NCBI RefSeq assembly: GCF_003334815.1
Contig: NZ_QOWO01000011.1
DNA length: 64,000 nt
Direction: 5' to 3' (one strand)
Source: Escherichia coli
GTDB taxonomy: Bacteria > Pseudomonadota > Gammaproteobacteria > Enterobacterales > Enterobacteriaceae
Below, piece after piece: positions 35,917 to 48,365 of this stretch (its first letter is position 1; each line of letters begins with the position of its first letter). Under the pieces are notes generated by a model. The model made no database searches, had not been told where the DNA came from, and saw only the letters and a list, made by a program, of their open reading frames with translations. The translations under genes and the position numbers were made by a program.

Positions 35917-37290
35917 TTAATGGTTGGAGAACCAGTTCAGTTTATCGCGCAGGCCAACAACCCGACCAATAATAATTAGCGATGGACTGTTCATTTGCTG
36001 CGCCAGTTCTCCCAGCTGTGTGAGCGTACCGTCAATCACGCGCTGCGTGACTGCCGTACCGTTTTCGACAATTGCCACCGGCATTTCGCCTGGCATTCCG
36101 TGTTCAATCAGCTTTTGCTGAATAGTCGCGGCCTGATTCAACCCCATATAGAACACCAGCGTCTGTTTTTCTGCCGCCAGGTTTTCCCAGTCCAGCTCGC
36201 CACCGGTTTTTAAGTGTCCGGTAATTAAGCGTACGCTCTGGGCATAATCGCGATGCGTGAGTGGAATACCCGAATAGGCAGAGCAACCAGAAGCTGCGGT
36301 AATACCCGGAACCACCGAGAACGGAATACCCGCGTTGCACAGTGTTTCCAGCTCTTCGCCACCACGGCCAAAAATAAACGGATCGCCACCTTTCAGCCGC
36401 ACCACGCGTTTGCCTTTTTGCGCTTCCCGCAGCAGGATCTGGTTAATCTCTTCCTGGGGTACGCAGTGGTATCCCGCGCGTTTGCCGACGAAAACACGGT
36501 CCGCATCGCGGCGTACCAGATTCATAATATCGTCAGAAACCAGACGGTCGTAGACCACCACATCTGCCTGCTGAATTTGTTGCAGTCCTTTCAGTGTCAG
36601 CAGCCCGGCATCGCCCGGACCTGCACCAACCAGCACCACTTCACCGCGATGGTCGAGCGGTTCGTTGATTAACTGTTCGGTCGTTTCAGTAATGGCTTTC
36701 TGATCGTTGTTTGCCAGCGACTGCGCCAGGCGGTCGTTAACGAACAATTTCTCCCAGAAACGGCGACGCTCACCCATCGTGGCGAACTGTTGTTTCACTC
36801 GCCCGCGTAATTGCCCGGCGTATTTCGCTACCTGGCCCAGATGTAACGGCAGCAGTGATTCAAGTTTTTCGCGCAACAGGCGTGCCAGAACCGGAGAGGT
36901 GCCGCCAGAGGAGACCGCTACCATGAGCGGTGAGCGGTCAATAATCGACGGCATAATAAAGCTGGCGGCTTTCGGCGCATCGACCACGTTACAGAAGATG
37001 CGACGAGCTTCAGCGGCTTCGCTGACGCGCTGGTTAAGCGCGTCATCATCCGTCGCTGCAATCGCCAGCCAGCAGGTGTCGAGAAGGCTTTCATCAAATG
37101 GCCCTTCGACGAGGGTTAACATGCCTGCATCTGCCCATGCGGTGAACTGTGGAATAAACGCTAATGCATTCACCGTTAAGCGAGCGCCTGCGTCTAACAG
37201 CAACCTTGCTTTGCGTTCCGCGACATCACCACCGCCGACAATCAGACAGTCGCGATCGCGTAATTGGCAAAATATAGGCAAATGATCCAC
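35917..37290 (-). CDS. cysG: Siroheme synthase (uroporphyrinogen-III methyltransferase / precorrin-2 dehydrogenase / ferrochelatase), 457 aa
   Basis: ORF track; GTG start; SAM-methyltransferase motif [15 protein letters not shown]. Confidence 0.96.
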
Positions 37291-37308
37291 GTAAAAACCC
37301 CTTAGTAA

Positions 37309-38115
37309 TTAACCGGCAGCCGTTTCAGTTTGATTAAATTTGTCCGCAACCGGACGATTCGCTTTCGGCGTAGCATACCAATAACCCAATCCCATGAATA
37401 CGGCACCTGATAAAGTATTACCCAGCGTCACCCACAGCAGGTTATGACCAATACCCGCCAGCGTGTAGGCTTCGCTGTGGTTGCCGAACCAGGAGAGCGC
37501 GAACAGCGTCATGTTAGCGATAGAGTGCTCGTAGCCGGACGCGATAAATGCCAGCAGACACCACCAGATAGCGATAAATTTCGCCGCCCCTTCAGTGCGC
37601 AGCGCCATCCAGATTGCCAGGCAAACCAGCCAGTTACACAATGCACCTTTGAAGAAGAGTACCATTGCCGGTGCAGTGGTTTTAGCCAGCGCGACGGAGT
37701 GAACGATGCTGGTATCTACCGGCAGCAGGCTACCGCCGCCCCAGCTATAGAGCATGGCAACGAAGACGGAACCGACCAGGTTACCCAGCCAGGTTTGCGG
37801 CAGGATTGCCCACATTTGCCCGTGGCTGATGCTGCCCGCTTTTACCCCAAAGGTGAGGAACATGGTGTGTCCGGTGAACAGTTCAGAACCGGCGATAATC
37901 ACCAGCGTTAAGGCGATACCAAAGGTCGCGCCCATCACCAAAGGGCGTACGGATGGATCGAGCAAATTACCGAGCGTGAAAATCAGGATGATCCCAAGAC
38001 CCACATACGCGCCCGCCATGGCGGAGCTGACCCAAAAGCCGAGCGGGTTATTTGCCGACAGGCGTGCAATGCGCGCAGCGTTAGCCGCACACTTATTAAT
38101 AGTGTCTGTAAACAT
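37309..38115 (-). CDS. nirC: Nitrite transporter (formate/nitrite transporter family), 268 aa
   Basis: ORF track; FNT-family membrane protein. Confidence 0.95.
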   Translation of the reverse strand: MFTDTINKCAANAARIARLSANNPLGFWVSSAMAGAYVGLGIILIFTLGNLLDPSVRPLVMGATFGIALTLVIIAGSELFTGHTMFLTFGVKAGSISHGQMWAILPQTWLGNLVGSVFVAMLYSWGGGSLLPVDTSIVHSVALAKTTAPAMVLFFKGALCNWLVCLAIWMALRTEGAAKFIAIWWCLLAFIASGYEHSIANMTLFALSWFGNHSEAYTLAGIGHNLLWVTLGNTLSGAVFMGLGYWYATPKANRPVADKFNQTETAAG

Positions 38116-38202
38116 TTGATTATCCTTTAAAAAATAAAAACAAAAAATAAAACAAAAAGTTTAAAAAATGTCCTGCAATATACCGAAGATTATTACAGGA
38201 CC

Positions 38203-38231
38203 ATGCAAAAAGGGGAGGCATTGCGCCTCCC
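38203..38231 (-). terminator. Intrinsic terminator-like hairpin between nirD and nirC (possible intra-operon attenuator)
   Basis: Stem gggaggc (38213-38219) / gcctccc (38225-38231), loop attgc; on the minus strand it is followed by cTTTTTgcatgg. Confidence 0.5.
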
Positions 38232-38240
38232 GTTAAAACA

Positions 38241-38567
38241 TTAACCGCGCAGCTGCACCACGCCGTCTTTCACTCGCGCTTCGTAATGTTTGACGGAAAA
38301 CTGTTCGTCTTCCATGCACAAGCCGTCGCTTAAGCGAAAACGCTGTTTTTTCAGCGGGCTGGCGACCCACAGCTCGCCCTGGTGTTCCGCAATCAGTCCG
38401 CGTGACAGCACGCTGGACTCGAAGAACGGGTCGATGTTGCTGATCGCAAACACCTGATCGCTGTGATACGGGCGGAAAATCGCGACCTGCTCGTCACCTA
38501 ACAGCGCGCAGACGCCGGTTTCAGGCAGGATGTCATCGATTTTGCAGATGTCTTTCCACTGGCTCAT
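38241..38567 (-). CDS. nirD: Nitrite reductase [NAD(P)H] small subunit, 108 aa
   Basis: ORF track; start overlaps nirB stop (ATGA). Confidence 0.95.
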   Translation of the reverse strand: MSQWKDICKIDDILPETGVCALLGDEQVAIFRPYHSDQVFAISNIDPFFESSVLSRGLIAEHQGELWVASPLKKQRFRLSDGLCMEDEQFSVKHYEARVKDGVVQLRG

Positions 38568-41107
38568 GCGTTGTCCTCCACCAGAGTTACTGGGATACGT
38601 TCATACGGCGTTGCCGGACGGTGCTGTTCGCGCTCTGGCACCATCTGCACGTTCGGGTCACGCTTGTCGCTGTTGATGAAGTGTTTGAAGCGAGTCTGCG
38701 CAGACGGCGTATTGACCGTTTCAGTCCACTCACACAGTACCGCTTCACGCAGGCGCGCCATCTCTTCTTCCAGATGTGCGTTCAGCCCCAGTTTGTCGTC
38801 AATGATCACTGCTTTCAGGTAATCGATGCCGCCTTCGAGGTTTTCTAACCACGGTGCGGTACGCGTCAGTTTGTCGGCAGTACGGATGTAGAACATCATG
38901 AAGCGGTCGAGATATTTGATCAGCGTTTCGCGATCGATATCCGCCGCCAGCAGATCCGCATGACGCGGTTTCATGCCGCCGTTACCGCAAACATACAGGT
39001 TCCAGCCTTTTTCAGTGGCGATAATACCCACGTCTTTACCCTGAGCTTCTGAACATTCACGGGTACAGCCGGAGACACCGAACTTCATTTTGTGCGGCGT
39101 ACGGATGCCTTTGTAGCGGTTTTCCAGTTCCACGCCGAGGCCGACGCTGTCGCCAACGCCGTAGCGGCACCAGGTGCTACCCACGCAGGTTTTCGCCATA
39201 CGCAGTGCTTTCGCATAGGCATGACCGGTTTCGAAGCCGGCTTCAATCAGCTGACGCCAGATCTCCGGCAGATCGTCTTTCTGTGCGCCAAACATCGCCA
39301 GACGCTGGGAGCCAGTGATCTTGGTGTAGAGATTAAATTCACGCGCGATACGACCTACCGCCATCAGCCCTTCCGGGGTGATTTCACCGCCCGGAGAACG
39401 CGGGATCACCGAGTAGGTGCCGTCTTTCTGGATGTTAGCGAGGAAGTTGTCGTTAGAATCCTGCAGCGGAGTATGTTCCGGCTTCAGAATGTATTCGTTC
39501 CAGCAGGAGGCCAGCAGCGAACCGACGGTTGGTTTACAAACTTCACAACCGTAGCCTTTGCCGTGTTTCGCCAGCAGTTCTTCGAAGGTTTTAATGCCTT
39601 CAACGCGGATCAAATGGAACAGTTCCTGACGCGAATAAGCAAAGTGTTCGCACAGGTTGTTGTTAACTTCGATGCCCTGTTTCGCCAGTTCCGCGTTCAG
39701 TACCTGAGTGACCAGCGGGATACAGCCACCGCAGCCAGTACCCGCTTTGGTTTCAGCTTTCAGCGCCGCAACTGTGTGGCAGCCTTTGTTGATGGCAGCA
39801 ATCAGATCACCTTTGGTGACGTCGAAGCAGGAGCAGATTTGCGCGCTGTCCGGCAGTTTATCAACACCGATAGACGGCTTGCCGCTACCCGAGTGTGCTG
39901 GCAGGATCAGGGAATCCGGGTTTTCCGGCAGTTCGATAGCGTTCAGCACCAGTTGCAGCAGGTTACCGTAGTCGCTGGTATCGCCCACCAGTACCGCACC
40001 GAGCAGGGTTTTGTTGTCTTCGCTGACAATCAGGCGTTTGTAGATCTCTTTACTTTCGTCGAGGTAAACGTAGCTACGTGCGCCAGGCGTGCGACCGTGC
40101 GCATCACCAATACCGCCTACGTCTACGCCCAGCAGTTTCAGCTTGGCGCTAAGGTCAGCACCTTCAAAGGCGTTTTCGCTACCGAGAATATGGTCAACGG
40201 CGACCTGCGCCATTTTGTAGCCAGGTGCTACCAGACCAAATACACGGTTGTTCCAGCTTGCGCATTCACCGATGGCGTAGATATCCGGATCGGAAGTCTG
40301 GCAGGAATCATTAATGACAATACCCCCACGCGGAGCAACGTCCAGACCACACTGGGTTGCCAGCTTATCGCGCGGACGGATACCGGTAGAGAAGACGATA
40401 AAGTCGACTTCCAGTTCGCTGCCGTCGGCAAAACGCATGGTTTTACGCGCTTCAACACCTTCCTGCACAATCTCAAGGGTGTTTTTGCTGGTGTGAACGC
40501 GCACGCCCATACTTTCGATTTTGCGACGCAGCTGCTCGCCGCCCATCTGATCAAGCTGTTCTGCCATCAGCATAGGGGCAAATTCGATAACGTGGGTTTC
40601 AATACCTAAGTTTTTCAGCGCGCCTGCGGCTTCTAGACCTAACAGGCCGCCACCAACAACGGCACCGCGTTTGCTGCGACGGGCGCAGGATTCAATGGCG
40701 TTGAGGTCTTCAATAGTGCGATAGACAAAGCAGTCCTGAGTATCAGAACCTTTGATTGGCGGGATCCACGGGTAGGAACCGGTTGCCATGATCAGCTTGT
40801 CATAAAAAACGGTACGTCCGGCGCTGGAGTGAATCACCTTCTCCTGACGGTTGATGGTGATAGCGCGTTCGCCGACCAGAACTTTGATGCCGTGTTTCTC
40901 GTAGAAGCCTTCGCGCACCAGCGACAGCTCTTCGGCGGTGTGGTGAGAGAAGTAAGACGAGAGGTGTACGCGGTCATAAGCGATGCGCGGTTCTTCACAG
41001 AAAACGGTAATATCAAAGTTGGCCGCATCAGATTTATCAAGAAGATCTTCGATAAAGCGATGGCCGACCATACCGTTACCGATAATTGCGAGTCTGACTT
41101 TGCTCAT
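38564..41107 (-). CDS. nirB: Nitrite reductase [NAD(P)H] large subunit, 847 aa
   Basis: ORF track; N-terminal FAD/NAD Rossmann motif IIGNGMVG; sirohaem/Fe-S domain. Confidence 0.97.
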   Translation of the reverse strand: MSKVRLAIIGNGMVGHRFIEDLLDKSDAANFDITVFCEEPRIAYDRVHLSSYFSHHTAEELSLVREGFYEKHGIKVLVGERAITINRQEKVIHSSAGRTVFYDKLIMATGSYPWIPPIKGSDTQDCFVYRTIEDLNAIESCARRSKRGAVVGGGLLGLEAAGALKNLGIETHVIEFAPMLMAEQLDQMGGEQLRRKIESMGVRVHTSKNTLEIVQEGVEARKTMRFADGSELEVDFIVFSTGIRPRDKLATQCGLDVAPRGGIVINDSCQTSDPDIYAIGECASWNNRVFGLVAPGYKMAQVAVDHILGSENAFEGADLSAKLKLLGVDVGGIGDAHGRTPGARSYVYLDESKEIYKRLIVSEDNKTLLGAVLVGDTSDYGNLLQLVLNAIELPENPDSLILPAHSGSGKPSIGVDKLPDSAQICSCFDVTKGDLIAAINKGCHTVAALKAETKAGTGCGGCIPLVTQVLNAELAKQGIEVNNNLCEHFAYSRQELFHLIRVEGIKTFEELLAKHGKGYGCEVCKPTVGSLLASCWNEYILKPEHTPLQDSNDNFLANIQKDGTYSVIPRSPGGEITPEGLMAVGRIAREFNLYTKITGSQRLAMFGAQKDDLPEIWRQLIEAGFETGHAYAKALRMAKTCVGSTWCRYGVGDSVGLGVELENRYKGIRTPHKMKFGVSGCTRECSEAQGKDVGIIATEKGWNLYVCGNGGMKPRHADLLAADIDRETLIKYLDRFMMFYIRTADKLTRTAPWLENLEGGIDYLKAVIIDDKLGLNAHLEEEMARLREAVLCEWTETVNTPSAQTRFKHFINSDKRDPNVQMVPEREQHRPATPYERIPVTLVEDNA

Positions 41108-41165
41108 TTTTGCCTCGATTTCTTTTCTATTACCGCCTACCTTAACGATTCAGCAACCCCGCTTA

Positions 41166-41179
41166 TTGATGTAAATCAA
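41166..41179 (-). promoter_or_regulatory. FNR binding site of the nirB promoter (TTGATttacATCAA on the coding strand)
   Basis: Perfect TTGAT-N4-ATCAA inverted repeat centred about 65 bp upstream of the nirB ATG; matches the known pnir FNR site. Confidence 0.85.
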
Positions 41180-41192
41180 ATTCACCTTTATA

Positions 41193-41208
41193 TACTCCTT
41201 AATGGGTA
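41193..41208 (-). promoter_or_regulatory. NarL/NarP 7-2-7 site of the nirB promoter (TACCCATtaAGGAGTA)
   Basis: Two inverted heptamers matching TACYYMT, centred 28 bp upstream of the FNR site centre. Confidence 0.75.
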
Positions 41209-41368
41209 TATTGCTGATTTGTATAAATTTTCTTAAGTCACGGAATTGTCTGATATTTCATGTTTGTGCAAAAAATAGACAAAATGAGCGGGTTTATAGA
41301 AATAGATGCACGTAGCGGGGGAAGAGAGGAAAAGGCCGGACGACGATAGTGCCGTCCGGCATGAGCAA

Positions 41369-42550
41369 TTAATGAGAGGTCAGGGTGTTATGCTGACGGT
41401 GACGGCTGACGAAACCTAACAGGAAGCACATCACAAAGACGACAGCGTACAGACCGTTTGCTGTAAGCAGTGCCGCCTGCGGACCGCTATGTTCAACGAT
41501 CGGGCCGGTAACCACAAAGGTCAACATAGTACCGATGGTTCCGCAGGTCAGGACAAAGTTAACCAGTTTTGGCGACGGTACTTTGGTCTGCTGTGAACCC
41601 AGGGTGATGATGGTGGTATAGATCGCGCTGGAGAAGAAGCCCAGAGCGAGAATTGACCACGCCATATGTGCTGGTGTTCCGGTGTTAAAGACGTACATCA
41701 GAATCGCAGCCAGACCAGCCAGTACGGTCAGAATGCGTTGCAAATCAAAGAAGCGAAGAATAAAGCTGAACGCCCACATGCCGACCATGTATGACATCCA
41801 GAAGTTACTCACCAGCGTGCCCGCGTCGTTCAGGCTCATGCCCAGGCCTTTGGCATACTCAGGCACCCAGGAGATAAAACCTAACTGACCGAGGATGTAG
41901 CACAACGCCGCAACAGAGAGAAACAGTACGCCGATCCCCCACTTTTCTTTCTCTACCGGAGCATCCGTTTTTGGCGCATGTTTGCCCAGCGCCGGGAACT
42001 CACAGCCGAAGGTCAGAATAAAAATAGCGACATACACCAGCCCGATGCAGGCATAAACCCAGTACCACTCAATGCTGCGCGCCAGTAGAAACGCGGCGAT
42101 CATTGGGAAAATCATCCCAGCCATACTGAAGAAGGAGTCGGTAAATAACAGGCGGGAACCGCGCTGACGCCCTTCATACATTTGTGTTACCAGGAATGTA
42201 CCAATCGACATGGTGATGCCGCTGACCACCCCGAGAATGAACATCGCCGCCGAGAACAGCGCCAGGCTGTGGCTGAACATCAAACCGGCAACCGCCAGCA
42301 CCATCAGGAGAAAGCCAAAACGTAACTGCGTTTTCAACGGGACGATTTCCATCAGCCAGGCGTTGAGGAAGATAGAGATTAAAATGCCGGCGTTGAGGAA
42401 GGTGAAGGTATTACTCATACTGGAAACAGGCAGATTGAAATAATCGGCGATATTTCCCATCACCATCCCGGTGACAATAACCAACGCACCAGTCAGTGCG
42501 TAGGAGAGAAAGCTAATCCATGTGAGCTTGATGCGATTGCTGTTAGTCAT
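41369..42550 (-). CDS. tsgA: MFS-family membrane protein TsgA (YhfC), 393 aa
   Basis: ORF track; polytopic membrane protein. Confidence 0.92.
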
Positions 42551-42811
42551 GATTGGCCTGCGTTCAAAAATAAAATGGCATAGCGGGATATGCCGCGAGC
42601 GGGCGATTTTAGGTGATTTTGTGATCTGTTTAAATGTTTTATTGCAATCGGTTGCTAAATTGCATTTTAAGAGGTGATTTTGATCACGGAATAAAAAGTG
42701 ATCGTCAGGTTACATATATTTCAGATACGTAAAATTAGGTAAAGGGATGGCCTTGTTCTTGAAGGCTATTTAGAATCTCTTCACTTGCTTTTTTTCTGCT
42801 CTGTTTGTTAA

Positions 42812-43393
<582 letters not shown>

Positions 43394-43402
43394 TGATTTC
43401 TC

Positions 43403-43432
43403 GCGCGGGCAATCTTGCCCGCGCTTCTGCTC
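43403..43432 (+). terminator. Candidate ppiA terminator
   Basis: Stem gcgcgggc / gcccgcgc with loop aatctt, followed by ttctgctctc. Confidence 0.45.
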
Positions 43433-43497
43433 TCCCGGCGTAACCCGGATTTGCCGCTTATACTTGTGGCAAATGGACACGTTCAGGGAGGCATCAA

Positions 43498-43665
43498 GTG
43501 AAGAAACTCACCGATAAGCAAAAGTCCCGTCTCTGGGAGCTTCAGCGTAATCGTAATTTTCAGGCCAGTCGCCGTCTTGAAGGCGTCGAGATGCCTTTAG
43601 TCACTCTTACTGCCGCAGAGGCTTTAGCGCGCCTTGAAGAGCTGAGGAGTCACTATGAGCGATAA
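43498..43665 (+). CDS. yhfG: Small protein YhfG (Fic-associated, antitoxin-like), 55 aa
   Basis: Not in ORF track; read by eye from GTG 43498 with SD cagggagg: [55 protein letters not shown]; 3' end overlaps fic start. Confidence 0.8.
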
Positions 43666-44257
43666 ATTCGGCGAAGGGCGCGATCCGTATCTTTATCCAG
43701 GCCTTGATATCATGCGTAACCGGCTGAACATCCGCCAGCAGCAGCGGCTGGAACAGGCCGCTTACGAAATGACGGCGCTGCGTGCTGCGACCATTGAGCT
43801 TGGTCCGCTGGTGCGCGGTTTACCGCATTTGCGAACTATCCATCGCCAGCTGTATCAGGATATTTTCGACTGGGCAGGGCAACTGCGTGAAGTTGATATT
43901 TATCAGGGTGATACGCCGTTCTGCCACTTTGCTTATATCGAAAAAGAGGGCAATGCCCTGATGCAGGATCTGGAGGAAGAAGGTTATCTGGTTGGCCTGG
44001 AGAAAGCGAAGTTCGTCGAGCGGCTGGCGCATTACTATTGTGAAATCAACGTGCTGCATCCCTTCCGGGTGGGAAGTGGTCTGGCACAGCGGATCTTCTT
44101 CGAGCAACTGGCGATTCATGCCGGATATCAACTGAGCTGGCAGGGTATCGAAAAAGAGGCCTGGAATCAGGCAAATCAGAGTGGGGCAATGGGGGATCTC
44201 ACCGCACTGCAGATGATATTTAGCAAAGTGGTAAGCGAAGCCGGGGAATCTGAGTAA
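43655..44257 (+). CDS. fic: Fic-domain protein, 200 aa
   Basis: ORF track; Fic-motif region reads [12 protein letters not shown], i.e. degenerate relative to canonical HPFx(D/E)GNGRxxR. Confidence 0.93.
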
Positions 44258-44288
44258 AATAGCGCGGTTCTTTTGTACCGGAGCCGCC

Positions 44289-44852
44289 ATGATCCTGCTT
44301 ATAGATAACTACGATTCTTTTACCTGGAACCTCTACCAGTACTTTTGTGAACTGGGGGCGGATGTGCTGGTTAAGCGCAACGATGCGTTGACGCTGGCGG
44401 ATATCGACGCCCTTAAACCACAAAAAATTGTCATCTCACCTGGCCCCTGTACGCCAGATGAAGCCGGGATCTCCCTTGACGTTATTCGCCACTATGCCGG
44501 GCGCTTGCCGATTCTTGGCGTCTGCCTCGGTCATCAGGCAATGGCGCAGGCATTTGGCGGTAAAGTTGTGCGCGCCGCAAAGGTCATGCACGGCAAAACC
44601 TCGCCGATTACACATAACGGTGAGGGCGTATTTCGGGGGCTGGCAAATCCACTTACCGTGACACGCTACCATTCGCTGGTGGTGGAACCTGACTCATTAC
44701 CAGCGTGCTTTGACGTGACGGCCTGGAGCGAAACCCGCGAGATTATGGGGATTCGCCATCGCCAGTGGGATCTGGAAGGTGTGCAGTTCCATCCAGAAAG
44801 TATTCTTAGCGAACAAGGACATCAACTGCTGGCTAATTTCCTGCATCGCTGA
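44289..44852 (+). CDS. pabA: Aminodeoxychorismate synthase component II (glutamine amidotransferase), 187 aa
   Basis: ORF track; class I GATase catalytic Cys in GVCLGHQ. Confidence 0.96.
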   Translation: MILLIDNYDSFTWNLYQYFCELGADVLVKRNDALTLADIDALKPQKIVISPGPCTPDEAGISLDVIRHYAGRLPILGVCLGHQAMAQAFGGKVVRAAKVMHGKTSPITHNGEGVFRGLANPLTVTRYHSLVVEPDSLPACFDVTAWSETREIMGIRHRQWDLEGVQFHPESILSEQGHQLLANFLHR

Positions 44853-44922
44853 TTTCTGATTGCCATTTAGTGATTTTTTATGCATATTTTGTGGTTATAA
44901 TTTCACATTTGTTTATGCGTAA

Positions 44923-46158
<1,236 letters not shown>

Positions 46159-46165
46159 ATACGAA

Positions 46166-46209
46166 GCATCAGGCAAAAGATGTCGGATGCGGCGTGAATG
46201 CCTTATCCG
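46166..46209. repeat. REP-like palindromic element
   Basis: gcatcaggc ... cggatgcggcgtgaatgccttatccg between argD and yhfK. Confidence 0.7.
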
Positions 46210-46224
46210 ATGGTTTAGCCTGCA

Positions 46225-48315
46225 TTACGCCTTCGAATCCCGCAACTTGCGACTCAGCCAAATCCCGTGATGCGGTCGCTGACGCCATGCCATCGACGAA
46301 ATGGTGTGCATGGTGTTCAGATGACCAATAACCCGCTGTAAATGCTGCTCCAGCGTACCTGCCGCGCCTTCGTGCGGCTGCATCTCCGGCGCATCCATGA
46401 TATTGGCATCGCCAGAACTACCCGGTTCGTCATACTCCAGTCGCTGCTGACAACGCTGAATGGCGATTTCACAAGACTGTAAATACTCTTGTGCCAGTTC
46501 AGGTGGCAATGCCCGGTGTTCCCGCGCCAGCGTGGTCATGGCATTAATATGCTCAACAATAAACTGGCTGTGCGTTACCCACAGTTTCATATCTGCCAGA
46601 TAATGGCTGTTAAACGCCGGTTCCTGCATCGCCTGATTCAATGAGTTATACAGAGTGTTATGTGCCTGATTTACCCGCATTCGCTGCCAGGCCAGTGGCG
46701 TAGGTTGCGGATCCTCGCTAAGAATCAAGCGAATCGCTTCCTGATAGGCTTCTAAAGCATCATGGGCGTTTTTACGCAATAACCCGCTCTGCCACTGCGG
46801 CCACAGCCAGACAGTACCGCCGAAAGCAATTAAACAACCAATAATGGTATCGATAAGACGCGGAAGGATGTATTGCTCGCCGTTCAACCACAATAGTTGC
46901 AGGGTATACACTGCGGTAATAGTAAAACCGACCGTCGCCCAGCCGTAGTTTTTGCGCAATATCAGGTAGCTGGCGAGGGTGGTAATCAGCATCAACGTCA
47001 GGGTGTAACCTTCGGGAATTTTAAAGTGCAGCGCCACGCCCGCAATGATTAACCCGACCACGGTTCCCACGGAGCGATTCACAATCCTCAGACGGGTTGC
47101 GCCATAGCCATTTTGTGTCACCAGCAATACCGTCATCAGGATCCAGTACGACTTCGGCAGATGCAGCGCGGTGCCCATCAGGCTGGCAACGCTTAACATC
47201 ACACTGAGTCGTCCGGCATTGCGTAGCGCCGGAGACTTTAGTGACAGATAACTTTTCAGCGCCGGAAGTAATGGCATTCGCCGCTGTTTATCGGCCAGTA
47301 AGTCACGGGCATAGAGCGGTTTTTGGGTGCGCAGCACGCGGGCGATGCGGCTGAAATGCCAGTAGCAGAATTGCCCAACCGGATTATCCGGATGCTGGCG
47401 GGCGATTTTTTCCAGTGCGCCAATTTGCTTTTCCATCGTAAAACGCGTTGGCAGGCGATGGTAAAGAATGTCATCAGCCAGCACGCGCAGGCGAGCGGCG
47501 ACGGTTTGCGCATTCCAGCGGATAACTTCTTCCGCATGGCTACGCTCGACCAGCTTTTGCACCTCTTCCGGCTGATGCAAACTGACCGAAATATGTTCCT
47601 GTAAATCCAGCGCCTCCTGGAAAATACGCAGCATCCGCTTGTAGTCAGTATTATTTTGCGCGGAAAGCATATGCATTTGCTGATAGCACTGGGTAATTAG
47701 ATCGACCGCTTTTTGCTGGCGCACCAGCAGCGGCGGCAGCGCTTTTTCAGGGTCGGTGTGCTGGGTAAGCAGGCTGTATTTGGCTTCACAATAATCTGCC
47801 AGTTCACGGTACAGCAGACTTAGTGACTCGCGCAGCGGTTGTTCGCGCCAGATCCAGAACCAAAACCAGTTAAACAATCCGTACCAGAGAGTGCCCAACG
47901 CATAGATGAGCAACGGTTCCCAGACCGGCATGTATCCCGCCAAACTGAGGGTAAAAATGGCGGCGAGCAGCGATGCAGGAAGCAATTTTGCGTGCAATGG
48001 CCCCAGCTCAGCAGTGACGCCAAGTACCAGCGTTAATCCGGTCAGCAAAAAGGGCAGGGGAACATCTTTTGCCAGTAGTAGCTGTGTCAGCAAGCTACAG
48101 GTGGCAAACAGCGACGCACCAATGATTAAGCGTTTGAAAAAACGTTTATGAGGCGTATCAAGGCCCGCAATATTGCAACAGGCAGGAACGAGGGAGAAGA
48201 GCAGACCGAATCGTAATTCGCCAAGCATTAACCCAACGGCCACGGGCAAACATAGCACCAGCGTTTGTCGAAGTGCATAGTTGATATCGGGGTGATAAAT
48301 CAGTCTGCGCCACAT
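46225..48315 (-). CDS. yhfK: Putative membrane efflux/transport protein YhfK (about 696 aa from the ATG at 48313-48315)
   Basis: ORF track 46225..48327(-) begins at a TTG; first ATG gives MWRRLIYHPDINYA; polytopic membrane protein; exact start uncertain. Confidence 0.88.
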   Translation of the reverse strand: MWRRLIYHPDINYALRQTLVLCLPVAVGLMLGELRFGLLFSLVPACCNIAGLDTPHKRFFKRLIIGASLFATCSLLTQLLLAKDVPLPFLLTGLTLVLGVTAELGPLHAKLLPASLLAAIFTLSLAGYMPVWEPLLIYALGTLWYGLFNWFWFWIWREQPLRESLSLLYRELADYCEAKYSLLTQHTDPEKALPPLLVRQQKAVDLITQCYQQMHMLSAQNNTDYKRMLRIFQEALDLQEHISVSLHQPEEVQKLVERSHAEEVIRWNAQTVAARLRVLADDILYHRLPTRFTMEKQIGALEKIARQHPDNPVGQFCYWHFSRIARVLRTQKPLYARDLLADKQRRMPLLPALKSYLSLKSPALRNAGRLSVMLSVASLMGTALHLPKSYWILMTVLLVTQNGYGATRLRIVNRSVGTVVGLIIAGVALHFKIPEGYTLTLMLITTLASYLILRKNYGWATVGFTITAVYTLQLLWLNGEQYILPRLIDTIIGCLIAFGGTVWLWPQWQSGLLRKNAHDALEAYQEAIRLILSEDPQPTPLAWQRMRVNQAHNTLYNSLNQAMQEPAFNSHYLADMKLWVTHSQFIVEHINAMTTLAREHRALPPELAQEYLQSCEIAIQRCQQRLEYDEPGSSGDANIMDAPEMQPHEGAAGTLEQHLQRVIGHLNTMHTISSMAWRQRPHHGIWLSRKLRDSKA

Positions 48316-48320
48316 CGGGG

Positions 48321-48353
48321 GAAACAAAATGGCGCGCTACCAGGTAACGCGCC
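48321..48353 (-). terminator. crp intrinsic terminator
   Basis: Stem ggcgcg / cgcgcc (48331-48353) immediately 3' of the crp stop, followed on the minus strand by attttgttt. Confidence 0.7.
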
Positions 48354-48365
48354 ACTCCGACGGGA

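Noticed and set aside
39092-40609. 505-aa ORF on the plus strand inside nirB
   Set aside because: It lies entirely antisense to a well-recognised gene and its translation is low-complexity and R/A/V/F-rich. Long stop-free antisense frames are a common artefact of codon bias.
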